From Chthoniobacterales bacterium (GTDB lineage Bacteria > Verrucomicrobiota > Verrucomicrobiia > Chthoniobacterales > Chthoniobacteraceae), in assembly GCA_038207335.1 (NCBI GenBank), contig JBBQZX010000019.1, positions 32,001-96,000 of the forward strand: a DNA stretch of 64,000 nucleotides, given 5' to 3'. Below the pieces are notes generated by a model. That model saw only the letters and a list, made by a program, of their open reading frames with translations. It did not search any database and had not been told where the DNA came from. Below are positions 9,034 to 19,300 of the stretch, in pieces. Both the position numbers and the translations under genes were made by a program. How positions within the stretch are numbered: position 1 is the first letter of the stretch; each line of letters starts with the position of its first letter.

Positions 9034-11958
9034 ATGCGCTTTCTCCCGCTGTTTTTTTTGGTGCTGCTGCCGACCGCGCAGGGGGCGCCGGTGCAGTTTA
9101 ATCGCGATATTCGCCCGATCCTGAATGGGCACTGCGTGAAGTGTCACGGAGGGGTGAAGGAGGCGGGGAAGCTGAATTTGCAATTCCGCGAGCAGGCGCT
9201 GCGGGCAGGGGAGACTGGGGAGATCGCGGTGGTGCCGGGGAAGCCGGAGGAGAGCGCGTTTATGGATCGGCTGACGACGGACGATAAAATGGACCGGATG
9301 CCGAAGAAGGAGGCGCCTTTGCCAAAGGAGAAGATCGAGCTGCTGCGGCAGTGGATCGCGGAGGGGGCGAAGTGGCAGAAGCATTGGGCGTATGAGCCGC
9401 CGGTGGCCGTGGGGAAGGGGATCGACACGATCGTGGGAGAGCATTTGGAGCGGGAAAAGCTGAGCTTTTCGCCGGAGGCGGATGTGCGAATCCTGGCGCG
9501 GCGGATGTCGTTTGATCTCGTGGGGCTGCCGCCGGAGACGGGGCGCGTGGATGCGCTGGAGAAGGAGGCCACGACAGATCGCGAAGGGGCGCTGCGGAAG
9601 TATGTTGACGAATTGCTGGCGATGCCGGCGTACGGGGAGAAGTGGGCGGTGCCGTGGCTGGACTTGGCGCGCTACGCGGACAGCAAGGGCTACGAGAGCG
9701 ACCGGCTGCGGGATATGTGGAGGTATCGGGATTGGGTGATCGATGCACTAAATGGGGATATGCCGTATAGCGAGTTCGTGGTGGAGCAACTGGCCGGGGA
9801 TCTTCTGCCGAACGCGACGGGGGAGCAGGTGATCGCGACGGCTTTTCATCGAAATACACCGCAGAATGACGAGGGCGGGACGGACGATGAGGAGTTTCGC
9901 ACTTACGCGGTGATCGACCGGCTGAATACGACGTTCGATGCGCTGCAGGGGACGTCGATCGGGTGCGTGCAATGTCACGGGCATCCTTACGATCCGTTCG
10001 TCCATGACGAGTATTACAAGCTGATGGCGTTCTTTAATAACACGGCGGATGCGGATCGGAACGACCAGGCGCCGACGCGGAAATTCCGTTCGCGCACGGA
10101 CGAAGCGCACGGCGTGGAGGTGGAGTCGCAGGTGGCGGCGGAAGAAGCGCAGGTAAAAGTCGGCGAGGAACTTCCTGAGGCGAAGAAGGCATTCGCCGAT
10201 TGGCTCGGAGGGCTGGGATCGGAGCGGGATTTCGCGCCGCTGAAAGACGTGGGCGTGGAGAGCACGCAGGGGAAATATCGAGTGGAGGAAGATGGGCGCA
10301 TTCATCTCGAAACGCCCGTGCCGCCGCGCTCGACGATCACGGTGACTGCCGCCGTGACGGAGGGGAAAATAGGTGCCCTGGCGGTCGAGGCGCTGCCTGA
10401 TGACAAGCTGCCGGGCCACGGGCCGGGCGGGAATGGGATCGGGAATTTCATCCTGACACGCATCCGCGCGGTAGTGGTGAGTGGCGGCGTCGAGACGCCG
10501 GTAGAGCTGTCCGAGGCGAGTGCGACTTACGAGCAGAAGAACTGGCCGGTGGCCGCCGCGCTGACGGAGGGCGTGAGCAAAGTGATCCCCGGAGAAGGCG
10601 AAAGCGGGTGGGCAATCGCGGGCGCGACCGGCAAGCCGCAAACCGCGATTTTCACGCTGAAAAAGCCGCTTACGATGCCTGCCGACGCGCAGCTCCGCGT
10701 GACGCTGGAGTGCGAGAACGAGAAGTGGGAACAGCATGTCCTCGGGTCATTTCGCATCGCCACGACGGTGGGTGTCGCATCTGAGAAAGTCGCGGCTTTG
10801 CCAAAGGAAATCCGCGACATCGTGGGGCGCAACGCGAAGAAGTGGAAACCCGAGGAGCGGGCGAAGCTGGAGCGCTATTTCTTCGCGGGCCTCGATCAAA
10901 AAGTGACGGCAGCTTACGAGGACATTGACCGCAAGAAGGCCGAGCTCGCGGCGATGGCGCTCTGCGAGCTGCCAATCATGCAGGAACTCAATGGGCAGGC
11001 GGCGCGCAAGACGAATGTCTTTCATCGCGGCAACTGGCTGGACAAAGCCGAGGAGGTGCAGCCCGCGACGCCGCAAATCTTGAACGCGTGGCACGACGAC
11101 TATCCGAGCAACCGGCTCGGGCTCGCGGAGTGGCTGACGAATGGCGAGAACCCGCTGACCGCCCGAGTGCAGGTGAATCGCGTGTGGGAGCAACTCTTCG
11201 GGATCGGGCTCGTGGAGACGCTCGAGGACTTCGGCTCGCAGGGGGACGAACCGCGGTATCAGGACTTGATGGACGATCTCGCGGTGCGCTTTCAGGGCGA
11301 GATGAAATGGAGCCAGAAGGCGCTGGTGCGCGAGATAGTGCTGAGCCGTGTGTATCGGCAGTCGTCAAAAGCGACGAAGGAGGAAATGGAGCGCGACCCG
11401 GCGAATCGCGACCTCGCGCGAGGACCGCGCTTTCGCCTGAGCAACGAACAAATCCGCGACCAAGCGCTGGCCTTGAGCGGACTTCTGAGCCGCAAGATGT
11501 TTGGCAAGCCAGTGATGCCTTATCAGCCGCCGGGCACATGGCTCACGCCGTATGAGGGCGTTGATTGGAAGACCTCGCCGGGCGAGGACTCGCACCGCCG
11601 TGCGATCTACACCCTCATCCGCCGCAGCGCGACTTACCCGAGTATGGTGACGCTCGACGCGCCGAGCCGGGAGTTTTGCGTCGTCCGGCGCACGCGCACC
11701 AACACCCCGCTGCAGTCGCTCGATCTGCTCAACAGCCCGGTCTATATGGAAGCCGCCGCCGCATTCGCAAAGCGCATGACCGAGCCCGGCGGCACGCTGG
11801 AAGACGAACTCGCCCGCGGCCTTGCGCTCGCCACTCAGCGCCCCGCGCGTCCGGACGAGATCGCGATCTTAGAAAAGCTCCACGTCAGCACCGGCGGCAG
11901 CATGACGCTCGTCGCGAATGCGATCCTCAATCTCGATGAAGTGCTCACGAAAAACTAA
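9034..11958 (+). CDS. Planctomycete cytochrome c (PSCyt1)/DUF1549/DUF1553 protein
   Basis: [65 protein letters not shown]. Start ATG 9034. Confidence 0.92.
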   Translation: MRFLPLFFLVLLPTAQGAPVQFNRDIRPILNGHCVKCHGGVKEAGKLNLQFREQALRAGETGEIAVVPGKPEESAFMDRLTTDDKMDRMPKKEAPLPKEKIELLRQWIAEGAKWQKHWAYEPPVAVGKGIDTIVGEHLEREKLSFSPEADVRILARRMSFDLVGLPPETGRVDALEKEATTDREGALRKYVDELLAMPAYGEKWAVPWLDLARYADSKGYESDRLRDMWRYRDWVIDALNGDMPYSEFVVEQLAGDLLPNATGEQVIATAFHRNTPQNDEGGTDDEEFRTYAVIDRLNTTFDALQGTSIGCVQCHGHPYDPFVHDEYYKLMAFFNNTADADRNDQAPTRKFRSRTDEAHGVEVESQVAAEEAQVKVGEELPEAKKAFADWLGGLGSERDFAPLKDVGVESTQGKYRVEEDGRIHLETPVPPRSTITVTAAVTEGKIGALAVEALPDDKLPGHGPGGNGIGNFILTRIRAVVVSGGVETPVELSEASATYEQKNWPVAAALTEGVSKVIPGEGESGWAIAGATGKPQTAIFTLKKPLTMPADAQLRVTLECENEKWEQHVLGSFRIATTVGVASEKVAALPKEIRDIVGRNAKKWKPEERAKLERYFFAGLDQKVTAAYEDIDRKKAELAAMALCELPIMQELNGQAARKTNVFHRGNWLDKAEEVQPATPQILNAWHDDYPSNRLGLAEWLTNGENPLTARVQVNRVWEQLFGIGLVETLEDFGSQGDEPRYQDLMDDLAVRFQGEMKWSQKALVREIVLSRVYRQSSKATKEEMERDPANRDLARGPRFRLSNEQIRDQALALSGLLSRKMFGKPVMPYQPPGTWLTPYEGVDWKTSPGEDSHRRAIYTLIRRSATYPSMVTLDAPSREFCVVRRTRTNTPLQSLDLLNSPVYMEAAAAFAKRMTEPGGTLEDELARGLALATQRPARPDEIAILEKLHVSTGGSMTLVANAILNLDEVLTKN

Positions 11959-11973
11959 TCCGCTTCATTCATT

Positions 11974-13422
11974 ATGAGCCCTGAAACCCACCTTCACCGC
12001 CAGTCCGTCGAGCTCGCGACGCGGCGTTTCTTTTTGAAAAAGAGCATGGCTTGCATCGGTGGCATGGCTTTCGGGGCGATGTTCAGCGAGCGGGCTTTTG
12101 GGGCGCAGTCCACGCCGGTTCAGCAGTTTCCGGCGAAGGCGAAGCGCGTGATTTACATCCATCTCGCGGGCGCGCCGTCGCAGCTCGAGACGTTCGATTT
12201 CAAGCCCGAACTCGCGAAGCTCGACGGGCAGATTTGCCCGGATTCGTTTTTGAATGGGAAGCGATTTGCTTTCATCAAAGGCGTCCCGAAAATGCTCGGC
12301 CCGCAGGTCAAATTCGCGCAGCACGGCGCGAGTGGATCGTGGGTTTCTGCGGACTACCCGGAACTCGCGAAAGTCGCGGATAAGATGACTTTCGTGAAGA
12401 GCATGTGGACCGAGCAGTTCAACCACGCGCCCGCGCAACTCATGTTGCAGACGGGCGCGCAGATCAAGGGCAGGCCTTGCTTTGGCGCATGGGCGGTCTA
12501 TGGACTCGGGTCGGAAAACAAAGACCTGCCGGGCTTCATGGTGCTCACCAGCGGCGGCAAAAATCCCGACGCCGGCAAGACCGTGTGGGGTAGCGGATTC
12601 CTGCCGAGCATCTATCAGGGCGTGCAGTGTCAGGGGCACGGGGAGCCGATCCTTTTTGCGGAGAATCCCGAAGGCGTCACGCGCGAGCAACGACGCGCGA
12701 CCATCGACGCGATCACTGCGCTCGACGCGAAAACGGGCGAGGAATTTGGCGACCCGGAAACGCTCACGCGCATCAGCCAGTACGAACTCGCATTTCGAAT
12801 GCAGATGAGTGTGCCGGATGCGACCGATGTCGCTAGCGAGCCAGCGCACATTCACGAAATGTACGGCACCGAGCCGGGCAAAAATTCTTTCGCAAACAAC
12901 TGCTTACTTGCGCGCCGGCTGTGCGAGCGCGGCGTACGTTTTGTGCAGCTCTACGACTGGGGCTGGGACGCACATGGCACGAACGACGACACTTCACTCG
13001 TCGGCGGCATCCGCCGCAAAGCCTTGAAAGCCGACAAGGCTCTCGCCGCCCTCATCGGCGATCTCGAACAACGTGGGATGCTCAACGACACGCTCGTGGT
13101 GTGCGGTGCGGAATTTGGCCGCACTCCGATGCGCGAAAATCGCGACGCCGGCAAAGACAACCCATTCGCCGGACGCGACCACAGCCCCGGCGGTTTCACG
13201 ATCTGGCTTGCCGGCGGTGGTGCGAAAGCCGGCCTCAGCTACGGCGAGACCGACGACTTCGGCTATCAGGCGGTCGTGGATAAAGTCCACGTCCACGACC
13301 TGAATGCCACGCTCCTCCGCTTGCTAGGCTATGATCACGAAAAGCTCACCTACTTCTTTCAGGGCCGGAACTACCGCCTGACCGATGTGAAGGGCGAAGT
13401 GGTGAAAGCGCTGCTGGCGTGA
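11974..13422 (+). CDS. DUF1501 family protein (Tat signal)
   Basis: TRRFFLKK, KAKRVIYIHLAGAPSQLETFDFKP, CLLARRLCERGVRFVQ, EFGRTP, GRDH; directly follows the PSD1 gene. Confidence 0.93.
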   Translation: MSPETHLHRQSVELATRRFFLKKSMACIGGMAFGAMFSERAFGAQSTPVQQFPAKAKRVIYIHLAGAPSQLETFDFKPELAKLDGQICPDSFLNGKRFAFIKGVPKMLGPQVKFAQHGASGSWVSADYPELAKVADKMTFVKSMWTEQFNHAPAQLMLQTGAQIKGRPCFGAWAVYGLGSENKDLPGFMVLTSGGKNPDAGKTVWGSGFLPSIYQGVQCQGHGEPILFAENPEGVTREQRRATIDAITALDAKTGEEFGDPETLTRISQYELAFRMQMSVPDATDVASEPAHIHEMYGTEPGKNSFANNCLLARRLCERGVRFVQLYDWGWDAHGTNDDTSLVGGIRRKALKADKALAALIGDLEQRGMLNDTLVVCGAEFGRTPMRENRDAGKDNPFAGRDHSPGGFTIWLAGGGAKAGLSYGETDDFGYQAVVDKVHVHDLNATLLRLLGYDHEKLTYFFQGRNYRLTDVKGEVVKALLA

Positions 13423-13468
13423 CTGCCGGGAGCGAGCCTCTCACGTCGCCCGCCGCCGCCCACCGCGG

Positions 13469-16141
13469 TCAGCGCTTCACCTCGTAGTAGTAGGCGCGGG
13501 AGGTGCCGTCGATCGTGAAGCTCCCGTCGGGCGCGATGGCGAGCACGGTCGGCTGTGGGACGCCGTAGTGGTCGCACGGGTTCACGCTTTTCGGCGCGGC
13601 GCCCGCGAGCTTGATCGTGGCCTGCACGGGCTCGAGCAGCAGCGGCGCGGTGCCGGTGGATTCGAGCATTGTGCCGTCGGCGTTGTAGCGCGTTCCGGTC
13701 TGCTTGTCCTGCGCGAGCGCGGTGATGAGGATGTGCCGCGACCGCGCCAGTGGAAGATCATCGAGCGGCGTGAAAATCGTGCTGACGAATGGCGTTTTGA
13801 ATTTCACCGACACGCCCGGCAACTGGAACGCGCCGTCGCCCGTGCGCCCGATCACCGCCTGCGTTTTCGGCGTCTCGACGGTGATGACCTGCCGTCCGTA
13901 ATCCCAAACGAGTTCACTTGTTGCGCTGCGGATGCGCTTGTTTGCTTGATCCCAGAACTTTGAGAAATCCGCCTGTTCGGTTTTTCCGCCTTTGAAATCG
14001 ACCGTGACGCGCCCGATCGCGAATGCCTCCGACGGAGTGCCGCCATCGACGATCGTGTTCTTCACGTCGTAGCCGCCTTTCGTCGCGTCCTGCTTTAGCG
14101 CATCGGCTCCCGTGAAAAGATCGGCCTCCGAGAGACGCCGCGCAGCCACGATGGGCGACTCTTTCACATGCCCGTGCAGGATCGCAAAAGCGAGCGCGGG
14201 AAACTGCCCGACGTAGGCCGGCGTGTCGGTCGCGTAGCTCGACATGCCGGGCCAGCCGTCGCCGAGCCGCGTGCCGCTTTGAATGAAATGGAACGACGCG
14301 TCCCAGCCCTGGAGTCCCATCGCGTAAAATGCCATGATCGGCGCGGCCTCGATTTTCCACTGGTTCGCCCCGGATTGCGTCCACTCGGTGATCGAGAACG
14401 GCTTCGACTCCACCTGCTTCATCGCGACGGAAAAGATGCCGCCGCCGGGATGCGCGAGGTGCGACTCGTTGTTCACTTTCCCCTCCGCGATGCCGTGCCC
14501 GCCCGCGCCGCCGCCCGCGTAATTGTGCCGGTCGATCATGCCGCCGACGGTGTCGGTGAAGATATTCGCCGGGTCGCTCGCCGCGCCGCCGACCTGCCAT
14601 GCGGTGGTCATCGTGACGGCCCTGAAGCCCGCGTCGCGGAGGACCTTTTCGCACGCCTGGAACTCCGCGCGCTGCATCTCCGTGAGGAAGGCGATGTAGT
14701 CGCCCGCGCGCCGCGTCTCTCCCGCGAACGGCCCCTGCGGCCCCTTGCCCTCGAGCTCCCACGGCGACATGATCCGCAGCTCCTTGGCCTCGACGGAGTC
14801 GCCCTCTTTCAGCGCGCCCCACGCGGTTTTCAACGCGTCGTCGGTTTTGTATTTCGCCTTCACCCACGCTGCAAAGCGCTCGCGCAGTTGCTTCGCGTGC
14901 AGTGGCCACTTTTTTGGCTTCGGCTCGGAGAGCGCACCGAGCGGATTCCAGAAAAAGATCGAGTCCTCGTTTTGCATCTCGACGACCGCAAGCGCGGGAT
15001 CATCCACGTAGCGCAGGCCCGTGTAGGGGTTTTTGTGAGTCAGCAGCGCGACGAGCGTTTTGTTGCGGATGTCCCACAGCACAGGCGCGGCGGTGATGAT
15101 GCCGTAGGTGTCCTTGCGTTTCCCGGCACCTTCGAGTTCGGCGAAAAGCGCGGGGTCATATCCATCCTCGGGCCCGATCGTGAAGTGGTAGAAGACCGAC
15201 CAGTCCGTGTAGATGCCGTTCTTCTTCAGCTCCGCAAACCACCAGTCGTATTGGTCGAGCTTCTTCGGATCGATCTTCCCGTCCGTATTCACCTCGTCGA
15301 AAACCGCGTGCTCCCGAACCGCGTTGATGCCGAATTTCCGCAGGTATTTCGCGCGTTGCGTGAGCTGTGTGCGCGAGTAGCGGCCGGGCTCCACGTTCGA
15401 TCCGCAGCCCCACAGCTTCACGGACGCGGTCGCTTTTTCGAAGCGCAAATCTTTTCCCGCGGGGTGCAGAAAACCGAGCGCTCCGGCAGGCGCGGGGATG
15501 AGCCGGGACATGTCGATGACGCTGCGCGGATCTAGCGGATCGTCGTCCGCGAGTAGCGGAAACCAATCGCCAGCACCGCCCGCGAATGCTGTGCCACCGG
15601 GCTTCTGCGAGCCGGCGGGGACGAACGGCACGCGCGTGAAAACGAAGCAATCGAGACCGCCGTGGTTGCTGTGCTCGGCACCGCTGTCCATGCGGAATCG
15701 GATGCTGTGATGACCGGCGGTGAGCGCCACGCTGCCGCCTTTTGCCCACGCGATGAAGCGCATGTCGGGCTTGTTGTCGGCGGCGATATTCTGCTCGCCG
15801 CGGCGGTCGGCGAAATCGACGGGCGTCCAGTCGCCAGAGTCGAGTTGCCACTCGAGTTTCGCGCCGACGCTCGGATTTGCGCGTACCCAAAACGCATATG
15901 AATCCGGCGTGACGACATCGAACGGATACTCGGCCTCGCCCGCTTGGTCTTTGTTGAAATTCGAAATCCAGTCGCCGCCGGACAGGACGTCGGTTTTCAC
16001 TTTGTCGTACCACCACGGATGCCGGGTCATCGTGCTTTTGACGGCGCTCTCGCCCTCGATCCAGATGTAGTCGGCGGATGCCGCGAAACTGACGATTGGC
16101 AGGCAGGAAAGCAGGACGGCGAGGAGTGGGGCGCGAGACAT
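13469..16141 (-). CDS. Secreted clan GH-A (GH5-like) glycoside hydrolase with an N-terminal beta-sandwich
   Basis: Signal peptide; LRKFGINAVREH, ELKKNGIY, HKNPYTGLRYVDDPALAVVEMQNED (acid/base NE), IDRHNY, KPFSITEW (nucleophile). Confidence 0.7.
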   Translation of the reverse strand: MSRAPLLAVLLSCLPIVSFAASADYIWIEGESAVKSTMTRHPWWYDKVKTDVLSGGDWISNFNKDQAGEAEYPFDVVTPDSYAFWVRANPSVGAKLEWQLDSGDWTPVDFADRRGEQNIAADNKPDMRFIAWAKGGSVALTAGHHSIRFRMDSGAEHSNHGGLDCFVFTRVPFVPAGSQKPGGTAFAGGAGDWFPLLADDDPLDPRSVIDMSRLIPAPAGALGFLHPAGKDLRFEKATASVKLWGCGSNVEPGRYSRTQLTQRAKYLRKFGINAVREHAVFDEVNTDGKIDPKKLDQYDWWFAELKKNGIYTDWSVFYHFTIGPEDGYDPALFAELEGAGKRKDTYGIITAAPVLWDIRNKTLVALLTHKNPYTGLRYVDDPALAVVEMQNEDSIFFWNPLGALSEPKPKKWPLHAKQLRERFAAWVKAKYKTDDALKTAWGALKEGDSVEAKELRIMSPWELEGKGPQGPFAGETRRAGDYIAFLTEMQRAEFQACEKVLRDAGFRAVTMTTAWQVGGAASDPANIFTDTVGGMIDRHNYAGGGAGGHGIAEGKVNNESHLAHPGGGIFSVAMKQVESKPFSITEWTQSGANQWKIEAAPIMAFYAMGLQGWDASFHFIQSGTRLGDGWPGMSSYATDTPAYVGQFPALAFAILHGHVKESPIVAARRLSEADLFTGADALKQDATKGGYDVKNTIVDGGTPSEAFAIGRVTVDFKGGKTEQADFSKFWDQANKRIRSATSELVWDYGRQVITVETPKTQAVIGRTGDGAFQLPGVSVKFKTPFVSTIFTPLDDLPLARSRHILITALAQDKQTGTRYNADGTMLESTGTAPLLLEPVQATIKLAGAAPKSVNPCDHYGVPQPTVLAIAPDGSFTIDGTSRAYYYEVKR

Positions 16142-16363
16142 GACATTGAGAAAAATGCGCGCCAGCTCAAGTGTCGATGCGGGAGTCGGTGCGGTCGCTG
16201 ACTTCGCGGATGTGATCCCGGGTCTGGTGACGGGTGGGCCATTGCCTCCGGGAAGCGCGTTCGCACGGCCCAGACGCTTTCGAACCCACTCTTTGCGCCG
16301 CCCGACATACGCGCTAACGTGCTCGCGCGAGACGATTCCTATTCATCATCCGCTTTCCTCCCG

Positions 16364-19300
16364 ATGCGCCTTTTTTTCTCGATCCGCTCTGCCGCTGCCA
16401 CGCGCTGTCTGCTCGTGCTCGTCGCGATTTTCAGCGCATTGGCGGCGCCAGCTCGGGCATTCGTTTTCGATTCATTTGGCGATGGGTTTTGGAATGCGGT
16501 GAACCAGAACAACAGCAAGGCGCTCGTGGTGACGAGCACGGGCGCGAGCCAGGCAGCGGTCGCCACGACCGATTTCGGCCAGCAATTCGAGGTGCTCTTG
16601 AATCTCGAGGACGGCACTTTTCGCATCCGCAATCGCGACACTCTGAAGTGCATCGGCGCGCTGAATGGCGGGACGACAGCGGGCACGGCCGTCGTGGAGA
16701 TCAATTACACCGGCGCGAATTCGCAGCGCTGGAGCCTCATCGACGTGGGCAGCGGCTTTTACCAAGTGGTGAATGTCGCCGCGAATCTCGCACTCCAAAC
16801 CGATGCGGCGGCGACGGCGAACGTCACGCTGCAGGTGAAATCGACGAGCAACTTACAGCGCTGGAAATTCAACTACATCACACATTACCCGAAAAAAGGC
16901 GGCGCGGGATGGGACGGAAAATGGGATCAGTTCAACGTCTCGTGGTGTTACAACTGGAGCGACGCGACGGGCGCGTATCTGCCGGACGCGCGGGTTTTCG
17001 AGCCGATGAAATATTCGCGATACTGGCCAGGAACCGGGAATCTCGGGGGCGGCTACGCGGCAATGCACTCGACGCCGAAGCCTGTATTCATCATGGGTTT
17101 CAACGAGCCGGACCAGACGAGCCAGGGCGACACGCCGGTTGCGGATGCGATTTCGTTGTGGCCGGAACTGCAAAATCAAAACGTCCCGCTTGTGAGCCCG
17201 GCGGCGACGAACGCCTACAACGGCTGGCTCGGCGACTTTTACACGCAGGTCGGAAACAAGGGCTACCGCGTCGATTTCACCGCCGTGCATTGGTATGCGA
17301 ATCCCAGCGCGGACACGCTCATCAATCACCTCCAGAGCGTCTATAATTCATGGGGTCGTCCCATCTGGCTGACGGAATTTGGCGCGGTCGATTGGGCGGG
17401 GAACCAGACGTGGACGGAGGAGGACGACTGGAGGTTTCTCGCGGAATTCATGTGGCGCGCGGAGAACCTCATCTGGCTGAAACGCTACTCGATGTTCGTC
17501 TTCACCGGCGACCCGCCTGCGAATCCGTGGAGCCGCGTCGGCTCGCGCTCCAACATGATGAAGTCCGACAACAACACGCTCACTTCGATCGGCGAACTTT
17601 ACGCCGGCTGGGATGGCGATCAGACGATCCGCCCGCGCACCGCGTATCTGCTGCAGGGGCAAAATTCCATGCACCGCCTGAGCAGCAGCGCGGCGAACAG
17701 CGGGTTCCCCGCGGCTGCGCAATATCCCTCGCCTGTCTCGATCCGCTTCGGCGGCGCGCAGGCGCAGTGGGCATTCGTGCAGTCGCCGACGAGCGGGCAA
17801 TTTTACATCGTCTCGCTGCTCGATGGACGCCGCCTGCGCACCGATGGAAATGGCGTCGATCTCGCGCCAATCGGCACCACGGGCATCGGCGTGCAGTGGA
17901 ATCTCTCGAGCCCTGATGCCTACGGATATTGCTACATCGACAACGCGAATTTCACCGGAGGAAAAGCGCTCTACAACCAGCGCTGGAACAACGGCGACGG
18001 CTCGCCGAACTCCATCTACTACGGCGTGCAGGCGTCGGGAAATGCGTCCGACATCACGCGCTTCCGCTTCGTGAAACCCGGGGTGGCCGTCGCCGTCCCC
18101 GACGCTCCCGTGGCGCCCACGGCCGTGGCCGCGGCACCCGGCGATCGCAGCGTGGCACTGAGTTGGAGCGGTGAAGGTTTCATCTTCACGGTGTCCCGGA
18201 GCACCTCGGCGGGCGGGCCATACACGGTGGTCGCAAGTGGAATCCAGACGCGCACTTTTACCGACAACACGGCACTCAACGGCACGCCTTATTATTACGT
18301 CGTCTCGGCCACGAACATCGTCGGCGAGACCTCCGTGAATTCCGCGCAAGTCGCCGCGACGCCGCTTGCTTCCTTGAACGGCGCGGCGCTCATGGCGAAT
18401 TACAAATTCGAATCCGGCGACGCGTCGGATCGTAGCGCGCGCGGACAGCACGGCGCTGTGAGCGGCGGCGTCACCTTCACGGCGCCGGGGAAGGTGGACA
18501 GCGCGGCGGCGACCTTCGACGGCATCGACGGCTCGATCCAAATCCCGGTCGTCGTGGCGAATGATTTCACGATCGCATTTTGGATGAAGACAACGGCGAC
18601 GGGTGGCGCGGGGACGCAGTGGTATAGCGGTAACGGCCTCGTGGATGGCGAGGTCGGCGGCGCGGGCGCGGATTTCGGCACGTCGCTGCTCGGGTCGAAA
18701 GTCGCATTTGGCGTGGGCAATCCCGATACCACGATCCAGTCCCCGACCGCAGTGAATGACGGCGCGTGGCATCACGTCGCGGTGACGCGGAATGGCACGA
18801 GCGGCGCGATGCAACTTTTCCTCGACGGCGTGCCGCAGGCTTCCGCGACAGGGCCGACGGGGACGCGCACCTTGCCGACATCGCTGCGGATCGGCAGCAT
18901 CCAGACGGGCGTGCGCTTTTTCAGCGGCTCGCTCGATGAAATCCGGCTCTACAATTACGCGCTCACGAGCGCCGAAATCGCGCGCCTTTTCCGCCCTCGC
19001 AACGCGCCGGTCGCTGTCTATTCGTTTGAGAATAACGCGCTCGATTCGAGTGGTTTTGGGAATCACGGCGCGGTCGCGGGCGGCATTTCGTACGGCGCAG
19101 GGAATGTCGGGCAAGTGGGGCAATTCAACGGCGCGGGAAACTCGGTGGTGATTCCGTCGCCGCTCGTGAATGACTTCAGCATCGCGTATTGGATCAAGAC
19201 CACGGCGACCGCGGGCACGGGGCAGTGGTGGAGCGGCGCGGGCATCGTCGATGGCGAAGTCAGCGGCGCGGTGAATGACTTCGGCACGGCGTTGATAGGG

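Noticed and set aside
8665..9444. Apparent long overlap of the LacI and PSD1 ORFs
   Set aside because: Artefact of upstream start calls; likely starts at 8895 (-) and 9034 (+) are divergent and do not overlap.
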